Positions 12,501 to 24,139 of a stretch of 64,000 bases of DNA are shown piece by piece. Location: assembly GCA_964187785.1 (NCBI GenBank), contig OZ076409.1, positions 91,762,001 to 91,826,000 on the forward strand, read 5' to 3'. The first letter of the stretch is position 1. Each line of letters begins with the position of its first letter. Below the pieces are notes generated by a model. It was not told the origin of the DNA. It saw only the letters and a program-made list of their open reading frames with translations, and searched no databases. The position numbers and the translations under genes were made by a program. This DNA is from Amphiscolops sp. MND2022. Its lineage: Eukaryota.

Positions 12501-13190
12501 TGGTATCGAGAAATGGATTTCTAACGTTACAGTCAAACCAAGTTTCAGATGCCTAGATGATATCAGCGTTATAAAAGAATGCAAGGTTTAAAAAGAGAAG
12601 ACGCCTTTGAACTGATAGGAGACTCCGCATGTTGCCGTATAGAATAGAAAGTTCAATTGATTGTCACTCCAGTTTGACTTCAACCTCGTTTTTATAGAGT
12701 TTCAATCCTCGGATTTTGAGTCGTTTCTTGTCTGTTCCTGATTTCAAAAATTAAAAACGTTTGGCAAGCAATTTCTGCTCAATTTCTTGATCTTTGGGAG
12801 AGATCATATGTAACTAGAAAACCACTCTGCTTGAAAAATTTATTTTTGATGGCAGCCCCAACTACTTTTTGGACATCCCAAGGGTTACTAAGTTCAACAA
12901 CTATTGTTCTTTTGCGATCTGTTCTGAAAGCACCTTTCCGGTAAACGTCCCGTATTTCAACGGGCTCGCCCAGGTTCTCAAGAATTTGTTCAACTTTAAC
13001 TTTATCTGCCATTGATCTTTCAAATTTTTTGAGTTCACTGTTCTGCTCTGGTACACAAGAGACACGAATTTTGTTTCTATAAGAAATATCAGAAAATTTC
13101 AGAGAATTTGTACTAAGCTTAACTGTTGGGGCATTTGAAGATTCGTTGTCCAGATCTGTCATGGGCTGTGGAGACGACAGTGTTTGTTCA

Positions 13191-16100
13191 TGTTAGAGAT
13201 CGATGAGGTCAAAGGACCAATAAAGGTCAACCATCTCAGACTATACCAGACTGAACTAATTTAGTTTATTATTGTTGTTTGTAAACATGTACCTGTTATT
13301 TTATCTTCACTTGACTGAATCACTTTATCAACTCACAACACAAAATGAAGTATTGACAATAACCACTCTTCACCAATCTTCCAAGAACCCAGCTACGACC
13401 AGAAGGAGCCCAGGCCCTAATAGGTTATGGACCCAGCAATTTGGTGAGTTTGCCTTTTCCTTAAAATAAACCTTTTTCCGCTTACTTTGACTATGCTCGT
13501 CTGATCTTATTTTTCGCTCTCCATTTTTCCTTTTTGCGTCTCGGATATCCACAATTTTTGCTATTTATGCCGTCCGTTACCGCCGTTTCGCTTTCGCTAA
13601 CTTTGTAGCTTATCCTCGTGGGAATCCCTGTTTTGCTGCCCTCATTTTTGTTTCAGTTACTTCTTTCTGCCTTTTTCGGGCTTTTGTTGGAGTTTGTGAG
13701 GGATGGATCGACCTTTGCAGTATCTCCAGTTCTCTGGCAAGGAAGAAGACTTCGCTGTGTGGCAGGAGCGATTCGAGGGGTTCTGTTTCACGAAGAAGCT
13801 GCTGAACGTGCTGAATGGAACAGATGCTGGCACGAATGACAAGAAGTACGAAATTTGGGCGTACTTGGTACAGTGTCTTGACAGCCGCAGTATCCTGATG
13901 CTGACGAACGACTGCAAGGGTGATGGTCCGAAGGCATGGCAACTACTGCGAGACCACTTCAACAGCACCGAAACACCGAGGTTGATGAACCTATTGGAGA
14001 AGTTCACAACCCTGCGTTTGGAGCCCACTGAGAGCATGGTTGACTACCTGACTCGAGCGGAGTATGTGAGTAAGCAGTTTCAGCTCGCTGGTGAGAAAGT
14101 TTCTGAAAACATGTTAACTTCGATAGTTCTTAAGGGTTTGCCTTCCGAATATGACTATTTCAAAACTGTGCACGATTTTTCGAAAGATAAGGCGTCTTTT
14201 GCGGAAGTAAAGAAAGCATTAAAAAATTTCGAAAGTTCTCGTAACCTACAAACTGCGACAGCTAGCAATGAAAATGTTGCCTTGTTATCCAAAGGAACTG
14301 TTGCGAAAAGTTCCGCGCGTAATCCTGAAAAGTTCAATGGAAAGTGTAGGCGTTGCGGTAAAAGTGGACATAAACAAGCCACTTGTAGAGTATCCCAGTG
14401 TAACTTTTGCAGGCGTTTTGGCCATGAAGAGAATAAATGTTTCAAGAAAAACCCTCTTTTGAACCCTAAGTCAAGTGCTGAGACAGGAGAGTCAAACCTA
14501 GCTGAGGACTTAGTTTTCTTTTGCGATGGTAGTGAGACTGCACTCACTAGCCAAAAATGCGAGGTGAAAGAGCACACTTTGGTAATCGACTCTGGTGCTT
14601 TCTCGCATATGTTTTTCGACCGTTCCCTGTTCTTCGACTTTAGCGAAGAAACACAACGCAAAATAAAAATTGTGAATGGGACTTTTTCGCAAGTTGAGGG
14701 TGTTGGAAAAGTTTCTCTTTTACTTTTGGACAAAGAAGGGATCGAACGCTGTGTGACATTTTCCGACTGTCTTTTTCTTCCTGATCATTCTCATAACTTG
14801 ATCAGTGTTAGCAAGTTGAGACAAAACGGGGCTCAAGTGAATTTCGGAAAACCACTGAGCATTTTTGTCAATGAATGAGCAACTATTCCATTTGAAGAGC
14901 ACGCTAAACTTTACGTTTTGAAAGGAAAGACATTTGATTTTTGCTCTTTTTCCGGCGAAAACGAAAAAGCTGTGTTGTGGCATCATCGCCTTGGTCACAA
15001 CAATTTCAAAAATGTGAAACGTTTGGCTCATCATGTCTCGGGGATGAGCTTGAAACACAGTGCTTTTGATAAACTTTGTTGTTGTGAAGTTTGCTAAATT
15101 TCTAAGTCACGACGGCAACCAGTATCGCGAAAATTGGAGAAACGAAAATCTTCAAAACTTGATCTCGTCTTCACTGACATTTTGGGACCGATGCCAACTA
15201 CTTCGCTTGGTGGCAATCGATACGCTATTTCTTTTACGGACAGCTACAGCAGGTACTCAGCGGTATATTTCCTCAAATCGAAAGAGGAGTGCCTAGATAA
15301 ATTCAAAGTTTTTTGTGCGCAAGTGGGAACGCCCAGAGCAATCCGTTCTGATAATGGGAAAGAGTACATTTCCAAGTCTTTTCGAAGTTTTTGTATATCA
15401 AACCGAATCAAACGTGAGCATACTGCACCTTATTCGCCTCACCAAAATGGCGTGAGTGAACGTCGCTGGCGAACAACAGTCGAAATGGCTCGCTGCATGC
15501 TAAAAACAGCAAAACTCGGCAATGAATTTTGAGTTCGGGCCTTACACACTGCTTTCTACATTTCAAATCGTTGCCTCACAGTTAGTTTACCAAAAGGTAA
15601 AACGCCCTTCGAAATGTTTTTTGGTAAAAAACCAGATCTTTCCAACTTGAAAGTTTTTGGATGTACTGCTTTCAAACACATTGAAACGCATCAAGACAAA
15701 CTTTCCGATAAAGCCACCAAAGAAGTTTTTGTTGGTTATTCTGAGGATTCCGAAGCATACATTTTGTACAATCCTTATTCTAAAAAGACTTCGTTTTCTC
15801 GCAACGTCTCCTTTGACGAGACTTCTTATGACTTTTTTGCTGCGCACCCAAGTCAAAACATCCGAGCATTTGTAACCAAAAAACCGGCACCGAAACAAGT
15901 TTTGACTGAAACACAGAAACATTTTTGCGAAACGTCTTCAGTTCCTATTTTACCGACTGAAACATTGAATGATTTCGAAACTGCAACAACTCCTTCCCCC
16001 GTTGATGTTGTTTCATCTGAAAACATTGATGCCAATGAAAGTAGTGCTTTTTTGCGGTCGCGAAGTGGGAGATTTATCAAACCGCCTGCGTATCTAGACG

Positions 16101-18158
16101 ACTACGTTCTTTTAACGGATGACGGCGATGAGAATCTAACTTATCGTGAAGCAATGAAGTCATCGCTTAAAAGCGAATGGATCGGAGCTACTCAAAAGGA
16201 GTACGATGCGCTCATTGAGAACAAAACCTGGGTGCTTTCTCCGCTTCCCCCGGGCCGAAAAGCAATTGGAAGCCGGTGGGTTTTTAAAATTAGGCGACAC
16301 GACGACGGAACTATTGAAAAATTCAATGCTCGTTTCGTAGCCCAAGGGTTTTCGCAAGTTTTTGGAAACGATTACGATGAAACTTTTGCGCCTACTGCCA
16401 AACTTTGTACCTTGAGGATTTGTTTTGCGCTCGCTGCTTCGTGGTCGACTTTTGTTTTTCAGTTAGACGTCCGTTCAGCCTTCCTCAATGCGAACTTGAG
16501 TGATGAAATTTATATAGAACAACCAGAAGGCTTCGCGCAAGCGGGGGCTAATGGTGAAACACTTTATTGCAAGCTTCAAAAATGCCTTTATGGTTTAAAG
16601 CAAGCAGGGAGGGAATGGAACAAAACTTTAACCTTGTGGTTTTTGATGAACGAATTTGTACAGTCTGCCGAGGATCATTGTCTTTTTCGTTGCGATGGGA
16701 CTAATGGTTCCCAACTTTTTGTACTAGTTTGGGTTGACGACATTTTGTACTTTTCAAACAACGACAAAATGCTGCATGATTTCAAGGCGGAACTCAGCGA
16801 TGCATTCAGCATCGATGATCGTGGGAAAATGACTTGGTTTTTGGGATGCAATGTTGAACAATCACGCGGTCGCATTTCTCTTAGTCAGCGGTCATATATA
16901 AAGGACATTTTGCGCAAAAGTCATATGTCTGATTGTAAACCAGTCAGTACTCCAGCTATTCCCCATACGAAACAGTCAAAATCGGACTGCCCTATCGAAG
17001 GTAGTGAAAATTCACTTGATATTTGCGAACAGAAACAATATCGTAGCTTAGTTGGAAACCTAATGTATTTGTCCGTTGTTAGTCGCCCCGATATTTGCTT
17101 TGCTGTCTATAACTTAGCACAATTCGTGTCAAATCCTGGTAAAGCCCATTGGTGTGGATTGAAACACCTTCTCTGTTTTCTCAAGGGCACCGAGTCTCTA
17201 TCTCTTGTGCATAACCGCTCTGAAAATCTCGAACTTTTTGGTTTTTCGGATTCCGATTGGGCCACCGACAAGGACGATCGCAAGTCAACTTCGGGTTTTT
17301 GCTTCAAACTAAGTCGTTCTGGTAGTGTTGTCTCCTGGGCGTCCAAAAAGCAAGGGTGTGTGGCACTTAGCTCTTGTGAAGCCGAGTATGTTTCGTTGGC
17401 TTTGGCTGCACAGGAAGCAGTCTATTTGCAAGGCTTGCTCACATTCTTCTGCTTGATGACGGTGGACACGCCTGTTCTGTTGTGTGGTGACAATCAAGGG
17501 GCACTCGCACTGGCCAGCAACCCTGTCGCTCACAAACGTGCCAAACACATAGAAACCCGACACCACTTCATCTGTCAACTGGTTGAGGACAAACGCATTC
17601 AACTGTCTTATGTCTCCACAAAAAACCACTTGGCTGATATCTTCACCAAGAACCTACCCAAGCCTGCCTTCAATGAGCTCTCATCGCAACTCTTCGTCAT
17701 TCAGCCACCCCGATCAACAACTTAACCCTTGCCTCCCTCACAACTCAATTATTTTACATTTCTCATTATTGTATTTATGTTATCACTTGGACTATGACGA
17801 CTTTCAGCTTCTCTTCAACTGATGGATAGAGCCCTCTCAACCGCTGCCTTGACACGACAGATGGTCAAGCACAGTGGTTCGCAATCATCAAACAACAACC
17901 CTCGGAGTCTCTCATCGAGCGGGGGTGTTAGAGATCGATGAAGGTCAAAGGACCATTAAAGGTCAACCATCTCAGACTATACCAGATTGAACTAATTTAG
18001 TATATTATTGTTGTTTGTAAACATGTACCTGTTATTTTATCTTCACTCGACTGAATCACTTTATCAACTCACAACACAAAATAATGTATTGACAATAACC
18101 ACTCTTCACCAATCTTCCAACAACCCAGCTACGACCAGAAGGAGCCCAGGCCCTAATA
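13191..18158 (+). mobile_element. Full-length Ty1/copia LTR retrotransposon
   Basis: LTRs 13191-13422 and 17926-18158 (about 7 substitutions plus 1 indel), 5-bp TSD GTTCA (13186-90, 18159-63), PBS GGTTATGGACCCAG at 13423, PPT GAGCGGGGG before the 3' LTR. Confidence 0.97.
13703..17725 (+). pseudogene. Copia gag-pol polyprotein (gag, zinc knuckles, PR, GAG-pre-integrase, IN, RT, RNase H) with three in-frame stops
   Basis: ORFs 13703, 15134 and 15614 share one frame. CRRCGKSGHKQATC, IDSGA, WHHRLGH, SDNGKEY, QNGVSER, WVDDIL, FSDSDWA, HIETRHHF, ADIFTK in copia order. Stops at ~14876, ~15095 and ~15530. Confidence 0.95.
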
Positions 18159-18657
18159 GTTCAGATACAGCTTTTTCTAGGGTAACTTTGATCTCAGCAA
18201 TGTCATTTGCTATCAGACATTGTGATTTGTTCCTGAGTTGAGCGATTGCTTCTCGTAGAATGCACACTAGAGTGTCTTTTTTGGTTTGGCTAGAAACTTC
18301 TGTACTTCTTGATCACTGGTTTCCAGCAACTCAGAGATTGTGGGATAGTAGTTGGTATCACGGGAACCCAGTCTTGATTGTTGTTCAGGGTCTACTTCAA
18401 TAGTCATATCACCGGAAACTATTTAATAAGGGTTATCACAACAATTAGGCTGCAGCTTTAAAAAATTTCTGCCGGTCGACTGGGATAGTGGCTGGTATGG
18501 GTAGTTTGTTGGTTGTTTCTTTTTGTTACTGGTCTACTGGGATAATGGCTGGTATGGGGTTTCCTGCTTTCGTTGCTGACCACGGGTGTGTGTTTTCTCC
18601 CCCAACATGATGATACACTTGGAACTTAATTGATGACGAAGATCCATGATATCTGAT

Positions 18658-19214
18658 GTAAATGGTCACTTGGCTTAATGCCATTTGGCTTAAAGTCATT
18701 TGGCTTAATATAATTGGTCACATGGCTTAATTTTTTTAATGCTAAGTGTCTCGGGTATTGGTCACTTGGCTTAAACTCATCTGACTTAAAACCACTTAGT
18801 TGAAATCACGTGGCAGATTTTGTCGAATTTATCTTTATAACGTAGTCAGCGTATTATTATAACATGTCATATCAAGTACCCCTCGGATATGTCCCCATTT
18901 CCTCTAGTGCCCTGCGACCCCTTGGGGCCGCTTATATTCCGATCTTGCTAAGCGAGGTCGAACAGGAGCAAAGACCTAGCGGGAACGAAGATCGCGAAGC
19001 GATCGTAGTGGAAGCTGGTCTTTGCGACGGTGAGGGCGAGCGTGCATACACCGCATATGACCCACATTATGATATTTCCGGGAGTTGACTTATTTCTTCC
19101 TTGAGTTGGAATGGAGTTGGCCTAATTTTGTCGTCACTTGGCTTAAAATTTTTCAGCCAAATGACTCGACAAAAAAATTAAGCCAAATGGTATTAAGCCA
19201 AGTGACTGGTAACC
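18658..19214. mobile_element. Mutator/Foldback-like MITE (557 bp) carrying core repeat copy 3 (18876-19068)
   Basis: 9-bp TSD ATATCTGAT (18649-57, 19215-23); imperfect TIRs GTCACTTGGCTTAA / TTAAGCCAAGTGAC with subterminal TTGGCTTAA repeats. Confidence 0.9.
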
Positions 19215-19499
19215 ATATCTGATAGAGAAAAAAAAGTATTCTACAAACTGGACCTAATTCATGATTTTCAGCATATTTTAGAGGGATTCAAAAATTGTAG
19301 CACCGGAGACTGAACACGCACTTCATTATCCATTAGCAGATTGCCTGAAAGCCCAACTCAGTATGCCGTCGTCTGTGTTCTCTCATTTGGTGCGGAGTCA
19401 GTTTTCGTGTCCTTAGAATGTTATAAATATGAAGCCCCTCTTTGCGGGCAGGTATGAACCAGAACAATTTAAGAACAGTTACAATATAGTGGAAGCATA

Positions 19500-20385
19500 C
19501 ATATTAGGCAGGATCGCCTACGGCAGTTTCAGTTCAATAAATAATATTTGGGATTGCATGAAATAGGTCGAAAAGAATTAGGTCGACCCTTTTGGTCGAA
19601 TTGACTGAGGTCGAATGGACTTGGGTCGAAATCAATATGTTGTCTCCCTTGAACTTGGCATTTTTCAAGGTCGACCCAAGTCCATTCGACCCAATTCCGA
19701 AACGGTGAAGATTCGACCCATGGCACAGGAGGCCGATTCGACCCATTTCTTTCGACCCATTTCCGTTCACCCTAATATTTGTACCGGAGATGAAATTTCT
19801 AATAATGGCACAGTCATCAGAGAGGAAAAAATCAAGAGAAATGAGATGAAAGGGTCTGAAATTACAATAATTTGGACAATAGAAGAAATAGTTGTAGCTG
19901 TTCTGCTCTGACGTTCCACAAATACACATGGGCGATGGTGTGCGGCTCAGTTTCCATAAGTTTTCAGCTAATCTTCGTGCGCTTCCGATGAGAAGATCGC
20001 TTATCATATTGGCAATCAAAGGGTTTCCGTCCAGTGAAGGTGAATGAATCGTTTCTTGTGGTAAGTTGGAAATGAAATTCCTTAGGAAATTGTTATTATA
20101 CGAACTGTTCCATCTGCGGTTCCAGTTATCCCTGATGAAGGCCTTGATGGAGTCCCGAGTGTAAGAATGAGACATATGAATTCTTTCAAATCTTCTCAGT
20201 TTGCTTAGGAGAAGGGAGGAGAGACTACTGGGTCTAGTCAATGTTTTGACATGCGTCGCGGTAACTAAATCATCTTTATTCACTGATTTGATTAAAAATT
20301 TTATTTCAATTGAAGAACAATAACTATCTATAGGAGGAATCCCCATCAACACTTCAATAGCTGTTATCTTTGGAGACATGCTGTG
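19500..20385 (-). mobile_element. 5'-truncated non-LTR retrotransposon 3' end (post-RT domain with zinc knuckle; I/R1/Jockey-group-like)
   Basis: AIEVLMGIPPID, WNRRW and SPMCICGTSEQNSYNYFFYC are typical of the LINE ORF2 C-terminus; interrupted by a MITE. Confidence 0.7.
19551..19772. mobile_element. Mutator-like MITE (222 bp)
   Basis: 9-bp TSD TAATATTTG (19542-50, 19773-81); inverted arms of GGTCGAA / TTCGACC repeats. Confidence 0.88.
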
Positions 20386-20632
20386 TTACTTGCGTCAAAA
20401 TAGGTTTTAAAACCAATATGTTCGTTCTGATTAATTTGTATTTAATACACCGCCTTTTGCAGGGCCGTATTCAATGCGAACAAATTGTCTAAATTTTGGT
20501 GAAATTACGTGTTTCCTGAGAGTGAAAAAACTCTTAACCGAACATTCTACACTAGATAGTCCCTTGGTTGTTGATATATTTTCCTATACGACATTGTTGT
20601 TCTAGACACGAATTTTTTCAGTTTCATCTGTA

Positions 20633-23600
20633 ATGAACATACGGTCTCTGCGGAAATGCTCCGCCTTAGCGTGGGACTCAGTTCACAAATCAACTTTCCG
20701 ACCAACTAGTCGCTTTCAAAAGACGCTGTTGGCCGTCGGAGGGGCATCTGTTGCTCTACGAAATCCATTTAGAGCTGATATGGTCAATGCTTTGTGTGAA
20801 ACTACTGGTTTGGCATCCGTACGAGCTCTTTATAATCAAATGAATCAAAATCCGATTGGCCGTCAAATTTTAGCTGAAAAGCCACGTATCACATCGACCA
20901 GTCTCGAAATGGATAAATTGCAGAACTACCCTGAAGGATCACTTGGGAAAGGGTATTTACTTTTCCATGAATTTTGTCTTGATACCGGTTGTTGTGGTTT
21001 TTTGAAATTTGAACGTTAAAAAATTTTTTGAGGTCGATTTATTTGAACGTGATACCTTATTTGAAGACCTCCAACTTACGTTTTTATAAATTTTGTTTCC
21101 TGTAGTCGTCAGATGACCTAGTTGGCACAGCGCGTGGTTGCCAAGAGTACATGGATTCTAATCCCGAGAGAGAATAATTATTTATAATGTGCAATTTTTC
21201 ACCGAAGTTTCCCTTATTAGGCTTTGATGTTTCTGGTTGTGAAAAACCGTTTTTCGAGACGGGTCACCACACATTTAGTTTTTTGGCCCTTTAATTTTTT
21301 TCATTTGATGTCTGTTGTTTTCTGTTTTTGGGAGTGTTTTTTGGCACTGTGACCTTTGAGATACATGTATTTTTCGTCAATTTTCCTTCATCATGTTTTA
21401 AATACTTCACTCATTGAACCTGCATCAGGGTGCTGACTTGGGCCGTTCCCGGCTTGTTTGTTTTCAATATCGAAACTTATTTTGGAGGCTTACTGTCGGA
21501 GATGCTTGGCATGGACGATTTTTTTTTCGCTAGAAATTTTGATACGTTTTGCAAAACCTTGATTAACTAAGTAAAGAATAGGATCTCAAACTAAAACATC
21601 TTAAGAAAGTTCATTTCAAGGGCTTCCAGCTGATTCATTTATTTACCTAAAACGATGCCTCAAACCAGCGAAAAATTGCGTCTACAAATAATTAAAACTC
21701 AACTTGCAAAATCTTTGTTTGTCAAATTTCCAAAATAACTAACTCGTAATGGCAAAGGAGGCTATACTAATATGTGCCACAATGAGATCCGTGACACGTT
21801 CGCAAAAATAATGAGAGACGTTTGTTACGATGTCAAAATCGAGCCCAAACTTCAGACATTGGAAGGTGAGTCCTTCGATCACAGAACCACATGCACTGAA
21901 GATGAAGCCCGCCTCGATATCAAGGCCAGCGGACTCTGGGATTCCCGCTGTTGCCGTACTTTTTTTGACGTGAAGATCTTCAATCCTCACGCGGCATCAA
22001 GTCCCCGAAACATCAAAGATGCTTATAAACAACACGAAAGTCAGAAAAGATTGAAATATGAACAGAGAATCGTAGACGTGGAACACAGTACCTTAAACCC
22101 GCTAATTTTTGCCTGTACTGGTGGAGCAGGACCGTCTGCTTCGAAAGTTATGTCAAGACTTGCGTTAAAAATCTCTGAGAAAGGATATGACAGCTATTCC
22201 GACGCAATTAGCTTCATTTGAACAAAAATCAGCTTTGCACTTCTACGGAACTCGGTACTATGCCTGACGATGTCGCGCCCTTAAGCGTCGAATAGACCAT
22301 GTTGAGTCTTCCATTGCGGCAACAGTGCAGGAGGGAAGGCTGTCGTGAATTATGACAATCACAAGTGGGTGCATATCCGGGACATAGTTTTTCGACCATT
22401 TCAATAAATTTTGGTGTTCTGTTTTGTAAATCTGTCCTCCAACTTGATGAGGTTTTCAGTATTTGTATTTGTATATACCGTTACTGACACTGCAAGGAGG
22501 CTCTGCAGCTTGCAGCGATTCGGCACTATCTCATTCCTCAGTTAAAAAATTGCCCCTTTGAACTCTGGGCCATCATTCCTGTTGCAGACCAACATAGTTT
22601 CGCTTCGCACTGTCCCCACATTACAGCCGTCAAAGGAAGAAATAGGATAAAAAGTAGAATTAGAAAGAAGTAAATAACTAACTTACATAAATCAACTGTT
22701 TCCCGAATTATCTTTCGTTACAATGCCCGAGGACACATTAATAACAATAAAAGCCCCAGTCGGCCGAAAGAAGTCAACCAAAGAATGGAAAGAATTGTGA
22801 TTCGAGCTTCAAAAAAGAACCTTTTTTGAAAACGCTTCCCGGATAGAAAAATTCCCAACAAATCGACTTTTTTACCAGTTATATCAGGAAGATATTGATC
22901 AAGTATGGCCTTCGAGCGGGAAAAGAAACCCTCCATTTCTGGGCCAAATCGACATGAAAGAAAAAAGTGGGCGAAAAAAAGTTGGCCGAAAAAAAACGCC
23001 AATTTCAACAGCCGTTTTTCGGACCAGACTATGCTTGAACTGAACAGTAAAAGGAAAGATTTTGTGAGAAAACCTAGAAAAACTCGCTTGGATAGCCGCT
23101 TTTTCGAGAAAAACCGTTTTTTTCCTCGAGAAAAACCGTTTCTCCTCGAAAAAAAACGATGGTTTGAGGATGTATTCGATCAAATGGCGATATATTCCTA
23201 ATATCTGTTAAAAACAAGGTGGATGCAGATGAATATACCAAAATTTTCAAAGATCATGTTATAAACTTCCTTTATGTGCATGAACCGTTCCAATGAGACA
23301 ACGCCTCAGCCCATACATCGATAAAAACCATAAATTTTCTTCGAGAAAATGAGTTCTTTTTACTGGAAAATTGGCCTGCTCAGTCCCTTGATCTCAACAT
23401 TATCAAGAATTTGTGGAGTATCCTGAAAAAACATCTGTAAAAGACATCCGGAGACTGAAAGAACTTTGGAATTATGCACAAAAAGAATCCGAAAAAATTC
23501 CAGTAGAGTACATAGTAAAAATTTACGACTCGATTCTTCGACGATTACAGCTAATTGTTGCGAAAAGAGGCTATCCGACGGAAAATTACACTTTTCTACG

Positions 23601-24139
23601 TAATGGTATGTTTTGTATCTTTTTTGGATACGTTTTGTTATATTTTTGATTTGATTTCATTTCAATAAAATTTGTACGGTCGCATTCTTCACACCACTGT
23701 ATATTTGTGATTTAGATACTGGCAGTGGTTGACAGACAACGGCGTCACCCCTGATACAAGGGCGCAGGTAACATATATAGAAGACCCTGAACTGGCATAT
23801 GTCGTCCAGAGATACCGCGAGATCCACGATTTTTACCATGTGCTGCTTGAACAGAATATTGACATTTTGGGCGAAACAGTCGTGAAAGCTTTCGAAGCTG
23901 TTCAAACTCGGTTTCCTATGTGTGTTCTGGGTACTTTTGGAGGTGTGCCCAACATACCCAGACATCAGCGATCTGCATATTTCACTCAATATTTGCCTTG
24001 GGCATTAAAAGTTGCCAAAAACTCGGATCTGCTGTTGAATTACAAGTTCGAAAGCATGCTGGAACAAGATTTATCACTGACAAGACGTCAGATTGGAATC
24101 ATCACTTTCGGTGATTGGAAGAAAGGTTCTAGGAATTGA
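20633..24139 (+). CDS. COQ4: Ubiquinone biosynthesis protein COQ4; exon 1 20633-20952, exon 2 23716-24139 (247 aa)
   Basis: RADMVNAL, GRQILAEKPRI, PEGSLG, PDTR and the YREIHDFYH-x11-E metal motif. A phase-2 GT..TTTAG intron (20953-23715) joins the two ORFs in frame. Confidence 0.93.
21750..22475 (+). mobile_element. 5'-truncated CRE-like non-LTR retrotransposon (restriction-like endonuclease domain) in the COQ4 intron
   Basis: GGYTNMCHNEIRD, ARLDI, FDVKIFNP, KRLKY and PLIFACTGGAG match the REL domain of CRE-clade elements; ends in a (GTATTT)n-like tail. Confidence 0.78.
22760..23200. repeat. MITE-like arm with TTTTCGAGAAAAACCG / GGCCGAAAAA repeats
   Basis: Short repeated motifs like those in the other MITE arms; ends and TSD not resolved. 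Confidence 0.35.
23200..23699 (+). mobile_element. Tc1/mariner 3' fragment (DDE C-terminus and right end)
   Basis: FQ*DNASAH and WPAQSLDLNIIKNLW motifs, then RLQLIVAKRGYPT; ends CACCACTG followed by TA. Confidence 0.85.

Larger units (their letters stand above)
9781..18648 (-). mobile_element. Near-full-length CR1/L2-like LINE (ORF1; APE endonuclease + RT), disrupted, with nested copia; 5' end approximate
   Basis: (TAG)n tail at 9781-9795. RT motifs YRPISNL, FAKAFDKV, GVPQGSILGP, FADDTK. Endonuclease YGNMRSL, SETWF, GDFNYP, FSDH. ORF1 IRVSCVPE and LKIRGL. Several frameshifts and stops. Confidence 0.9.

Noticed and set aside
18864..19088. 74-aa ORF across the core repeat as a protein
   Set aside because: The start and frame are not preserved in the other two copies.
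21772..22221. Fanzor/TnpB or host nuclease gene
   Set aside because: Motifs fit the restriction-like endonuclease of CRE-type retrotransposons, not RuvC; the ORF is truncated and has stops.
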